A stretch of DNA of 64,000 nt from Heteronotia binoei (Eukaryota). The stretch covers positions 24,056,001 to 24,120,000 of the forward strand of contig NC_083237.1 of assembly GCF_032191835.1 (NCBI RefSeq), written 5' to 3'. Below are positions 47,301 through 59,070 of the stretch, piece after piece. A model generated the notes under the pieces. It saw only the letters and a list, made by a program, of their open reading frames with translations. It searched no databases and was not told where the DNA came from. Within the stretch, counting starts at the first letter, position 1; every line of letters begins with the position of its first letter. Position numbers and translations under genes: made by a program.

Positions 47301-47597
47301 CAAGGAAAGGAAAGGTCTCCTGTGCAAGCACCAGTCGTTTACGACTCTGGGGTGACGTTGCTTTCACGGCTGACACTTTTACGGGGTGGTTTGCCATTGC
47401 CTTCCCCAGTTTTTTACACTTTCCCCCCAGCAAGCTGGGTACTCATTTTACCAACCTCGGAAGGATGGAAGGCTGAGTCAACCTTGGGCCGGCTACCTGA
47501 ATCCAGCTTCCGCCAGAATCGAACTCAGGTCGTGAGCAGAGAGTTCAGACCACAGTACTGCAGTACTGCTGCTTTACCACTTTGTGCCACTCTCCTG
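47301..47597 (-). mobile_element. Sauria SINE
   Basis: Reverse-complement copy. Confidence 0.8.
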
Positions 47598-47644
47598 CAA
47601 GAAGCCCCTGCAAATGAATTAAAAGGAGTCATGCAGACGCCTAT

Positions 47645-47927
47645 TCTGTGCGGCGCAGTGGTAAAGCGTGCTGTTTGTATGTCGAAGACCCCAGACCCAG
47701 GTGGTGGAAAAAAACCTTTGGGTTTTCAGGTAGCCGGCTTGAGGTTGACTCAGCCTTCCATCCTTCCGAGGTCGGTAAAATGAGTACCCAGCTTGCTGGG
47801 GGGAAAGTGTAGATGACTGGGGAAGGCAATGGCAAACCACCCTGTAAAAAAGTCTGCCGTGAAAACATTGTGAAAGCAATGTCACCCCAGAGTTGGAAAC
47901 GACTGGTGCTCGCACAGGGGACCTTTC
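47645..47927 (+). mobile_element. Sauria SINE
   Basis: Forward copy lying head-to-head with 47301-47597. Confidence 0.8.
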
Positions 47928-48278
47928 CGCTCCCTTATGTTAAGCAAGTTTGGCCACCCTTGTGCTGGACTCTGGAAAGCATATGACTTTCAGAGTAGAC
48001 AATACTGAGATAAATGGCCCCATGACCTTACTTGGTATTAGGCCTGTTCCTATGTTTATATTTCAGTAGGATCAGGATGCGTGTAGGGAAATGCTAGGGG
48101 TGTGTTCTGCTTTTTCTAGCTCATCTCTAACACTGACAGCAGGATGTGCTCTTTGGGTACTTGGCACAGTTGGTTCAAATACCATCAGTGTACACTAAAA
48201 GTAAAGGGGTTTTGCCCCAAAGTGCAGCACTTTACACTTCCTTTGAATGGTTTGTAACTGGTGCAGGTGAAATCATTG

Positions 48279-48527
48279 AGAGCCAGTTTGGTGTAGTGGT
48301 TAAGAGCACAGACTCTTACATGGGAGAACCCGGTATGATTCCCCACTCCTCTACTTACAGCTGTTGGAATGGTCTTGGGTCAGCCATAGCTCTTGAAAGG
48401 GCAGCTGCTATAAGAGCTCTGTCAGCCCCACCTACTTCACAGGGTGTCTGTTGGGTGGTGGGGGAGGTAAAGGAAATTATGACCACTCTGAGATTCAGAG
48501 TATAGAGCGGGCTATAAATCCAATATC
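48279..48527 (+). mobile_element. Squam3-like SINE
   Basis: Same family, more diverged. Confidence 0.75.
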
Positions 48528-48617
48528 CTGCATAAGCTGATTGATTGAAAGGGTCACTTCACTTCTGTACAAAGACACTCTTCTGGCCCAAGTGAGCCTT
48601 ATGGTCATTATCTAAAC

Positions 48618-49114
48618 CAGGGGTGTCAAACATGCGGCCTGGGGGTCGAATCAGACCATTGGAGGGCTCCTATCAGGCCCCTGAGCAACTATCTCTTGTC
48701 TGCTTCCTTCTCCCTCTCTCTTGCTTCCTTCTGTATCTCAGCTTGCTTTGCAAGACTTGCTCAATTGCACATGAGCTACAGAGCAAAACCTTGATTTTCT
48801 ACATTGGTTGAGGCTCCTTCCCCTTCTGGTCCCCGGGTTGGGGGGGTGGGGAGGCCAGAACTTCCTTTGCCCAGTTCCCTGGATCCCATGGGAGAAATAC
48901 AATGAAAGTACCTATAAGACCAACAAGTGCTAATGTTTTAAGTATGTTTTATTTTAAGGGTTTTTTAAAATTTAGTTATGTTTGTGTCCTTTAAAAAGTT
49001 TATATCTCTTAAATAGGTACACGCATGGCCCGACCCAACATGGCCCAGCCCGGCCCTACAAGGTCTCATTTATTTCAGATCCAGCCCTCATAACAAATGA
49101 GTTCGACACCCCTG
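48618..49114. mobile_element. Non-autonomous hAT-like element (same family as 4645, opposite orientation)
   Basis: TIR caggggtgtc; perfect 8-bp TSD atctaaac. Confidence 0.8.
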
Positions 49115-49289
49115 ATCTAAACCTTACAGCAGAATTTGTTTCACATCAGCTGCCTGCTACATGGGGAGGCCATGGCTCAGATATGCATCAACTGTGCACC
49201 ACTGTGCAACTACTAAAGGATCCAGGTGGCAGTGGTGCATATCCAGAATGACAAGTATCAGCATTAATAGATCATCTGAGGCCCATCCA

Positions 49290-50600
49290 ATTTATAGTGA
49301 ACCAAATATAAGAAAATAAGGGCAGATTTTTGGAATCAGACCAATGGTCCATCTTGCTTCCCACAGTGGCCACTCTGATGTTGATGGAAAGGCTATAAGC
49401 AGGGCACAGAGGCCAACGGTACTGCTTTCTCCATCCCATGCATTCCTTAGCTGTGTTTTCTCTAAATGGAAAAACTCCAGATTCCTTAGCCTTTTACAGA
49501 AGGGAAGGTATTTCAACTAATTGATCACTTTGGTTGCCTTTTTCTGGATTTCCCTCAACCTCCACCCCCGATCTATAGTATCTTTCTTGAGAAACACTGT
49601 ATTCCATATGAGGCTGCACCATAGATCTATAGAAGGGTATAACAATATTGGCAATTTTATTTTTCAATTCCTTTCCTAATAATCCCTGGGTTCAAATTTG
49701 CCTTTTTCATTGTTGCTGCAGACTGAGTTGAAATTTGCATTGAGCTATTCACTACAACCCCAAGTTCTCTTTTCTGGTGAGTCATGGCTGGTTCAGATGC
49801 CTTAAATGTACACTAAAAGCAGGGCTTTTTTTTGCAGGAACAGCCCAGCAGGAACTTATTTGTATATTAGGCCACACCCCCTGACATCACAGGGGTTTTT
49901 TGTAGAGAAAACCCAGCAGGAACTCCTTTGCATATTACCAAGCCGGTCGGATCTATGTTCCTGTGTACTCCTGCTCAAAAAATGCCCTGACTAAAATTTA
50001 AGGGGTTTTACCCTGAAGTGCAGCAGTTTATACTTAAATCACTTTCTTTGCCACCTTTCACTCAGTTTGGAGACGTTCTTCCAATGCTCTTCATAATCAG
50101 GTGGTACTCACCATTTGGAATATTTTGTGTCACCTGGAAACTTGGCTACATCATTGCTTGCCTCCAATTCCAGATCATTTCCGAACAAATTAAATAGCAC
50201 CATCCCAATACCAATCTTCATGGAATCTTCCATTTCCTCTTAACTCTCTGTTTTTTTCTTCTTTTTCCACAGTTTCTAGTCCACAAGAGGACCTGCCCTC
50301 TTATCCCAGGACTGCAGAGATCACACAGAACTCTTTGGGGAAGAACTTTGTTGATATTTTTTGGGAAATCCAAGTATGTCTACTGGATCACCCTCCTCCA
50401 TGTGTGCTAACCCTGCAAAGATAAGTGGGACAGGACTTCTGTTTGTAGAAGCCATACGGATTATTTCTTTTTCCATAACGCTCACTCCTCTATGTGTTGA
50501 ATCTGCATAACAGTTTCCACCAATTTACACAGAAGATATATTAGGACAATTGGCTTGTAATTTCCTCATAACCTCTTTTAACAAAATAGTGTTAGATTTG
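49290..50600 (-). mobile_element. Decayed CR1 LINE (RT region and 3' end)
   Basis: Minus-strand remnants of GNYKPI, VDI..LDF, VLFNLF.NDL and AKF..DTK, plus a CR1-type 3' region; no intact ORF. Confidence 0.7.
49820..49989. mobile_element. MITE nested in CR1
   Basis: TSD actaaaag/actaaaat. Confidence 0.75.
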
Positions 50601-52710
50601 CTGCTTCTCAGTTCTCTGGAAGGGAGGCCAATTTTAGCAACAAGTTGTATGATTTTGTTAAGAGACATGTTTGATAACTTTGATCTTGTTGACTTTGTCT
50701 TTGAGTTCCTTAAGAACTGCTCTTCCTTTTTACTTAGTGAAAGGTTCTTTATGTCTCGGGAGCCTGGATATGGCTACAGTAACAAGTCTTGCGAAAGACA
50801 TAGCTCGCAGTCGCAGTCTGAGATGCTGACTTCATGCTGCTATCTGGGACAGGAGAAAGTTTTATTTTGCTCATGAGCTTTGTGTTTGCCAAGAGTCTGA
50901 GCGCTGCATAATCTTGTGGCACCTGAAAGATTAACAGAGATATTATGGCTTATATTGTGGCAGTGTAGACACAGGAAATGTTGGAGAGGGGCCATGGCTT
51001 AGTGGTTAGAATACCTGTCTCGCATGCAGAAAGCCTTAGATTCAATTTCCAGCACCTTCGGTTAAAAAATTATCAGGCCATGTGGAAGACCTCTGCCTGA
51101 GACCCCAGAGAACTGCTCCCAATCCGAGTGGACAGTGTTGACCTTCATAAACCAAGGGTCTAACTCAGTATACGGCCCCTTTATGGGCCTTATATCATCA
51201 GACCAAGAAAACTTTGGCCTGCAAAAGCTTGTGCCACAAGACTCTGTTTTGGCAGCAACAGACCAACAGTGCTACTACTCTGGTATTTGTGTGAGCTCTG
51301 CATGTATAAATATAGCTGTGCATTGTGAGCATCGTCGTTCCGGTGACAGAATGGTAACAGGCTAGTTTGATGAGTCACTTATACCTCTAAAAGTGGCTTG
51401 ACAAACCTTTTCCTCGGGCCCTGCTCCAGTGAATCTTATTTACGGTTGTGACACTTTCGGACCCCACATTTAATCTGTGACGTTTTTCCTGGGTCCTCCT
51501 GGGCAGTTTCTGCTGTGTCATTTGGTCAATTCATGGGCACAGTCGTCATTGAGGAATGGAGCTTTGATACCTGCCTGCCACAAGGGGGAAGTGTCGCTTT
51601 TAGAGAGCGAATGCAAAGGCAGTCATGTCAGGATTTATGTGCCTCAAAACTATCATGCAAAAATTGTGTTGGTGTGAAGGTAGGCTCATGCCACCATTAT
51701 GACATGACATAACCTTGGGGAAATCAGTAGTTTGCCAAGAACTGAACTCTACATGTGGAAACAGAAGTGTTCAACTATTTCTTCTCCCCACTGCTTTTTC
51801 TCAGGGTTGGATGCTGTGCACAGCTATATGTACAACAGCAGCATTCCACATTCTGTAAGGAATTAGGCCTGTTGAGATTTAAAGGGGCAGCTGGGAGTGA
51901 AAGATGGGGAGACACAGCTGGATTGTGCAGAAAGCAGCATGCAAGCTTAAGGAAGAGGGAGCAGCTGGTTGATAATGAAGCCTGGTTCATAAAAACAGAA
52001 GAAGAATGAGGTGGTGGGATATTGAGGTTGTAGAACAGGATACAGGTGGTGGAGTTGCCAGCCTCCAGGTGGGACCTGGAGATCTGCCACTTTTACAACT
52101 GATCTCCAGCTGGCAGAGCTCAGCTCCCCTGGAAAAAATGGCTGCTTTAAAGGGTGGACTCTATGGCCTTGCACCATGCTGAGGCCCCTCCCCTCCTCAA
52201 ATCCCGCCCTCCTGGATCCACCCCCAAAGTCTCCAAGTATTTTCCAACACAGGCCTGGCAACCCTAGCAGGTGGTGGGTTTCAGTTTTAAATGTTTCATC
52301 ACATTAAAAAAAACCCCTATGGGACTAGAACATTAGGACAACAGATAGAGAGGGAGAAAGAAAATGGTTCTGCCTCCTTCGTTTCCTGTACTGGTTTTCT
52401 ATCTATTTGCAGGGAGTTTTCCACAAAGAGGAATATTTCAAAGCACAATTGTCTACAGGCAATCTAAAGTGGTGCAGTCTATTCTGCCATCTCTTTTCTA
52501 CCCCCATCCCCCTGTATGTGTGAACCAGACCTTAATAGGAAAGTAGAGTGGGAGAAACAGTGTAGCAGAGGAGGCACAGAGATTTGGGGGGCGGGGTGAG
52601 GAATATCTTGACCGGAAAAGAATGGATCATTTTTTTTAAAGTAAATTTTCAAAAGCAAAGAAATACGTCTTCTAAGCAGGGAAGGGTGATTGTTGTAAGA
52701 TGCATCAAAA

Positions 52711-52925
52711 GCCAGTGTGGTATAGTGGGTAGAAGAGCATCAGACTAAAATCTGGGAGACCAGGGTTCAAATTCCCACTCTGTCACATAAATGTTCTGAG
52801 TGACGGTTGGCAAATCACATGCTTAACCTATCTTGTTGTGAGGATAAAATGGAGGAGTGGAAAACAATGTAAGCTGCTTGGGGTCACCATTGGGAAAGGT
52901 GGGATATAAAGCAAGCAAGTAAATA
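52711..52925 (+). mobile_element. Older tRNA-head SINE (MIR/Squam3-related)
   Basis: gtggtatagtgg...ccagggttcaaattccc head and gttgtgaggataaaatgg core. Confidence 0.55.
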
Positions 52926-52982
52926 CATGAAATTATTAACAACAGTCCATAAGCAAGAAGCCTCAGAGGCCAAGGGCAGTTA

Positions 52983-53483
52983 TAGGGTTGCCAAGTCCAA
53001 TTCAAGAAATATCTGGGGACTTTGGGGGTGGAGCCAGGAGACATTAGGGGTGGAGCCAAGATCAAGGCTGTGACAAGCATAATTGAACTCCAAAGGGAGT
53101 TCTGGCCATCACATTTAAAGGGACAGCACATCTTTTCAATTCCTTCCTTCCATAGGAAATAATGAAGGATAGGGGCACCTTCTTTTGAGGCTCACAAAAC
53201 TGGTCCAATCTTTTTTAAATTTGGGGAGTATTTTGGGGAGAGGCACTAGATGCTATACTGAAAATTTGGTGCCTCTATCCCAAAAAACAGCCCCCCCCCA
53301 GAGCCCCAGATACCCGCAGATCAATTCTCCATGATTTTCTATGGGAATAAATCTCCATAGGGAATAACAGAGTTCCCAGCAGACATTTCCCTCCCCTCCC
53401 CCCGCTTTCTGATGACCCTGAAGCGGGGGGAGGGTCTCCAAACCGGGGGATCCCCTGCCCCCACCTGGGGATTGGCAACCCTA
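52983..53483. mobile_element. MITE with TAGGGTTGCCA termini
   Basis: Inverted termini; relatives at about 17980-18083, 35880-36080, 46269-46486, 52050-52266 and 56038-56480. Confidence 0.65.
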
Positions 53484-54607
53484 GGCAGTTATCATAACTT
53501 TGCATATCTGAGTCGGCCCAGCAGCAGGATTATAGCAACAAGGACATCAGCTCTAAATTAGTTGCCAAATATAGATTTTAAAATGTCTTTTATCTTGGTC
53601 TCAAACACTACCTAGTCAAGTGTTATATGTGATTGTATGAATAGAGGGGCAGCAGCAACACAGCTGGGAGATATCTTTTTTTTTTTTTAATGCTAGGCAC
53701 TGAGCAGAATCAGAACAAATAAGTTTTACATTTGTTTCATCCTGTCTCTCAGAACAATTACTTTTGCTTCAACTTCCTTAAAAGCATCCCTGGTATACCA
53801 CAGGTGTATTGTTGGCCTGGCTTCTGGGAGACCCAGAATCCCCACTCTTGTTGTAAGGATAAAATGGAGGGAAATGATGTAAGCCATTTTAGATTCCCTT
53901 GGAGGAGTAAGACAGGGCATAAATGAAGTAAGTAAAAGAAAACATTTTGCTATCTGTTTCAAGAAATGTGTCCCAGGAGACAATATTACAAAGGATTCTA
54001 AAGCACAGCTGTCATATCAGGGGGTAAAAATTGACTTTTATGTGAGTTGCTGACTGGATATCAACCATAAAAGCAAATTAAAAATGAGACTAAACCCAAT
54101 TTTTCTGCAGTAATGAAACCAAGCTATATCCTTTTTGAAAATAAAATAAGAGAACATTGGACTGATTTAACAGAGATCTTTTTTGTTTGTTTTATAGATG
54201 TTGGGATTAAAACTGTCAGACACTGAAGGAAGAAGAATTTAGGGATGAATAGAGAAATTATTGCATACTAGACCCATAAGGTGAATGTGGGAGGTGAGTG
54301 GCGGCCCTTTGTCGATAATCAAAAGGGAAAGAGGTTGGAATTTACATTTGTAGAGCAATCTTCAGCAAAGATACAGATTGCTTATCTTTCCTACCAGCTC
54401 CAAAACCATGTTTGTCTGACAAAATAATTTGAATTTAATTGGAGTGATAGTGGAAGAAAGATTCTGCAACACAGTAGACAAAAACAGGAAATAACTGTTA
54501 TGATTAAAAAGAAATAAGGTGAAGTATAGGGACGAAAATAGAAATTGCAAGGAATTTCATGCCTATACAATATTAGTTATTTTTACATGCATATGTACAG
54601 GCTGCTG

Positions 54608-55190
54608 CAGGAGTCATTTCATAGAAAAAGAGGTGCCAGAGCTCATTAAACTCATTTGCATAACTCCTTTGCATATGCCACACACCCCTGATATCACCAG
54701 AAGGTGTACCAAAATTATATCAGCTCAGCATCTGCCTTAAAATGCTTCTTGGATTATAATTGTCATAATAAAACCTTATTCCCACAGTGGCATTATGAAG
54801 ATTTCTGTCTGTCTGCTTTATATGTTTTGGCTATTTTCCCCTTTTTTGTGTGGAGAAAAATATTAGAAAATTTGTCAGATCTTAAAGTTCAGCAAAATTC
54901 TCACAGGAGGTTTGAACAATGGAGCCCAGAAGCAAGTATTAGGGAGGGGGGAGAGAAAGAAAGAGCATAATAAAGAGGTGCCAAAGCTCTGCTCCTGTGA
55001 GCTCCTGCTCAAAATGAGGTCTGGGCTGCTTCCACATGGATGGTTTGGTCCACTTTGGCTTTGTTACAACAGCACCTGGGCTTTTTTTGAGCAGAAACAC
55101 ACAGGAACGCAGTTTCGGCTGGCTTGGTGTTGGGGTGTGGTCTAATATGCAAATAAGTTCCTGCTGGGCTTTTCCTACAAAAACACCCTG
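54608..55190. mobile_element. Two related MITEs (54608-55023 and 55076-55190)
   Basis: TSDs ggctgctg/ggctgctt and aacagcac/agcagcgc; further copies at about 16876-17026, 18447-18663, 24670-24858 and 45250-45360. Confidence 0.7.
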
Positions 55191-55479
55191 AGCAGCGCTG
55201 TTTTCAAGAACATCCTCATGACAACATCCTTTATTCATCCTGCTTCTGTTGTTTTCTCCCACTTTTTTGGTTTGATACGATCTTTTGGAAAGAATGCAAA
55301 GCGCCTTTGGACTCCATGTGGACAAGAAAATGTGCATTTTCGCATGTCCCACTTACATGTGTCCCATTTTCCTTGCCTTAACCCCTTCAAAACCACCAGT
55401 TTCTCCTAACCAGGGCCTTTTCTAGGCTTTTTTAAAAATGGTAACTGACGGACTGCTACTGTGCAAAACCATTATTACA

Positions 55480-55713
55480 NNNNNNNNNNNNNNNNNNNNN
55501 NNNNNNNNNNNNNNNNNNNNNNNNNNNNNNNNNNNNNNNNNNNNNNNNNNNNNNNNNNNNNNNNNNNNNNNNNNNNNNNNNNNNNNNNNNNNNNNNNNNN
55601 NNNNNNNNNNNNNNNNNNNNNNNNNNNNNNNNNNNNNNNNNNNNNNNNNNNNNNNNNNNNNNNNNNNNNNNNNNNNNNNNNNNNNNNNNNNNNNNNNNNN
55701 NNNNNNNNNNNNN
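55480..55713. other. Assembly gap (234 N)
   Basis: Run of N. Confidence 0.99.
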
Positions 55714-55893
55714 AAAGGGCTAGGAACTTACTGTTAGTTAGAAATGAAAGGTGGGAATTAATAGATGAAGGCAATAAATAAGTGTAATAGAATAGCATTA
55801 TAGCAGCAGTTCTCCTTTAGGGGAAAAAAACCCACTTTCCAGTAGAAGAGGGATATTGAGGCAAGGAAAGTGCAGGGGAAACTGCTGTGTGCA

Positions 55894-56037
55894 CTAGTTT
55901 GGTATAGTGGTTAAGTGAGCAGACTCTTATCTGGGAGAACCAGGTTTGATTCCCCACTCCTCCAGGAGATTGTGAGCCGCTCTGAGACTTTGAGATTCAG
56001 AGTGGAGGGCGAGATATAAATCCATCATCATCACCAT
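55894..56037 (+). mobile_element. Squam3-like SINE, internally deleted
   Basis: Head joined directly to the 3' end. Confidence 0.7.
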
Positions 56038-56610
56038 TAGGGTTGCCAGGTCTATGTTGGAAAATACCTGGAGACTTTGTGGGTGGATCCAGTTGAGGGT
56101 GGGTTTTGGAGAGGAGAGGGGCCTCAGCATGGTACAATGCCATAGAGTCTCCCCTGCAAAGCAGCCATTTTCTCCACATCTGTTTGGGAATTATTGGACT
56201 TCAGGAAGTCCTACAAACAAACAAAGAATATTACACATTGTCTTTGTAAAGTGGACTGTAAAATACTTCTAGATTAATATGTGAATATACTGTGGTTAAA
56301 CATTGTTTTCCAGTATATGTATTAGTAAAAACTCTCACAGGCATGTTCAATAGTCATGAGCACTCATATCCGTGAGCTCTCTGGTTTGACATTTTCTCCA
56401 GGGGAGCTGATCTCTGCCAGATGGAGATCGGTTGTAAAAGTGGGAGATCTCCAGGCCCCACCTAGAGGCTGGCAACCCATGGACATTCCATTGCCACAGT
56501 AAATGGCTCTGCATTCTTAGCAGCAAGCAATGAGAGAACCACCTCTGTGTGGAAACAGACTGTGTATGCTTGCAATTTCTGTTCTGGTTTCTCAGTCGCA
56601 AAGCAGTATA

Positions 56611-56896
56611 GAAGAAGAAGAAGAATTGCAGATTTATACCCTGCCCTTCTCTCTGAATCAGAGACTCAGAGCGGCTTACAATCACCTATATCTTCTCCCC
56701 CACAATAGACACCCTGTTAGGTAGGTGGGTGGGGCTGAGAGGGCTCTTACAGCAACTGCCCTTTCAAGGAAAACTCCTGCAATAGCTATGGCTAACCCAA
56801 GGCCATTCCAGCAGGTGCAAGTGGAGGAGTGGGGAATCAAACCCGGTTCTCCCAGATAAGAGTCCACACACTTAACCACTACACCAAACTGGCTCT
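56611..56896 (-). mobile_element. Squam3-like SINE
   Basis: Reverse-complement copy with a (GAA)n tail on the + strand. Confidence 0.8.
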
Positions 56897-56897
56897 C

Positions 56898-56975
56898 ACA
56901 TATACAAAAATAAATATGTCCAGGATACAAAATACAAAAATAAATATGTCCAGAATACAAAATAAATATGTTAAA
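56898..56975 (+). repeat. Short AT-rich tandem repeat
   Basis: atacaaaaataaatatgtccag repeated about three times. Confidence 0.6.
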
Positions 56976-58779
56976 ATGTCCATGCTAAAACAACTAAGAG
57001 CAGCAATAAGTACCAATACTAAGAATTCTAAAAGAGCAAAGATGTTAGTCTGTTGCAAGAAAGCAACTCTTGAAAGCCTGCCAAATTTCATTGCGTCCAA
57101 AATTTTAATGAATTAGATTCTACTTTGTCCTCCTGCTCTCAGAAGCTTATGCAAATGCATACATATATACACACTTGCATACATACACTAAAATACTAAG
57201 AAATTTCAAAGCCAAGCAGAACAAGATTTTCTTCCTAAGGACTGTGGGCAGAAGAACGTTTCTGGGTGACCCCTGAGAAGGCCCTGTTCCTTGTGGAAGC
57301 CACTCTGGCTGATAAAAAAAATGTCAGGGTGGATGCAGCCCCTGAGAAGCTCAGATAGAGCTTTGTAGGTCAGTCACGCATGCTTCATAAACATAATTTC
57401 ACTCCCGCTAATAGGAGGCAAGTGGGTGGCTTGAACTAGTCACAAAAGCAGCAAAACCAGGCTACCCAAAGCCACAGTAGAAGTTTCTACATATTCAAGG
57501 GACTCCCTTTTGCTATGGAGAAAAAAAATGGCTTTGTAAAGTAACCAAGAGGAAAGGGGGGGGCACCCAATGAGGACTTCGCCTCCCCTCATTGCCCTCT
57601 GGGAGCCATGAAAGGTAGAGGGCCTGTGTGCATGTGAGCTGAAGGGAGAAAAGGAGAAGAGAGATACAGGTTGCAGAAGCTTCTAAAGGTTTACAATATC
57701 TCGAAGAGGGAGATTTGGGTTAGGGAAATTTCCCAGTTGGTTACCTCTGCTACCCCCATAATTCCTTGCAAGGCAAGCCAATAACTTGTAAAGATTTTTT
57801 TTAAAACAAACAAGTAGTTCCATCAACTTTATGATACCCCCATTCAGAAGTGCCTCCAGGTGTCACTTGTCCATATCTGCTACTATCTCTCTGGATACAG
57901 ATTTGAAAATAGGATTTGCATTTAGTATTTTGTGGGAAGAGAAGCTGCTGTGGTTTTCTTACCACAAGATATGCTTTCTTCCTGAATTAAAATTGGAAGC
58001 AGAATTTCAGTCTTACATCCAAAAAGTTTCAAATTACAAAATAATAAAAATTATCTGACTAAAGAGGAGCACACTTTGTGCGTATCCACACAAAGTTGTG
58101 TCTGCCTTCTGACCGAAAAGAGGCAAGCCAAGGCTCATGTATAGATGCAGCAGGCAGTCTCCTGATGACAGGTAATCTCCCCCACCTTTCCAAAAGTAAC
58201 TGCATGATCCAATCACACCTGATACTTGGACTAGTCAATTTTGTAATATCTGTGCATCACAAGTTAATCCAATCGCATGTTATAAAGCAAATTATGTACC
58301 TCCTATGGTGGCTAAGAGGCAAGTGATTTGTGCAAATTCTAGTTGGCAGCCTCTTCCAACTTCTGAAATGTCTCTGAAATCCAAGCACACAATGCAGAGA
58401 TGAGGTAGAACTGCTCACCCACCTCTACTGGAAGTGGATTGAAAGGAGGCAAATTCAGAACAGTGATTCATGCAGAGATACAGTAGGCAGCCTCCTCCAC
58501 ATATTGCTTCAGGATTTTTGAAGCACAAACTTTGGAAGTTACTGATCTAATGGGTTAAGCAGGATGGGAAGAGGGAAGGCTGAATTATGCAGAAGGGTCC
58601 ATTAATGGGTTGGAATAAGAGAGAATACAGCACTGGGGGGGATCCTATTCTCTGACGTAATCCCAATCCCCCTCCCAGTAGACAATAGACCTCATTCATT
58701 CTCCCTCCCCTCCCTTCCTCTCAAGATCTGTTCACGCACAAAGAAATCCATTCAACCTCCCAAAGGCCCGCCTCCTCTA

Positions 58780-59070
58780 CTTGCTCTGTTTGGCAGGCTG
58801 TCCCATCAGTCATTTTAACCCCACCCCCCCTTAAAGGAGGTGTGTATGGCTGCCTTTTCCAGCCTGCCTTTATCTTGCAGTCAGATTTTTCTCCCCACCA
58901 TCACTACCGCACCCTCTCTGCGGTGATTGGTTAGGGTGGGCGTGGTCACCGCACCCGGACTCCTCCCCTTCGCCAGTTGCCTCTCAGTTGCTGTTGGGCC
59001 TTGGAGGTGTCAACATCTCTCTCTGCCAGGAGTGGGGAGGGGAAAGCGTTTCTGTCTGCTAAGGTAATGT
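58780..59070 (+). promoter_or_regulatory. Probable promoter and first exon of an unidentified downstream gene
   Basis: CpG-richer segment; inverted CCAAT (gattgg, 58925); GC/CACCC box gggtgggcgtgg (58934-58945); donor aag|gtaatg after 59063. Confidence 0.4.

Noticed and set aside
55438-55798. ORFs spanning the N run
   Set aside because: Artefacts of the assembly gap.
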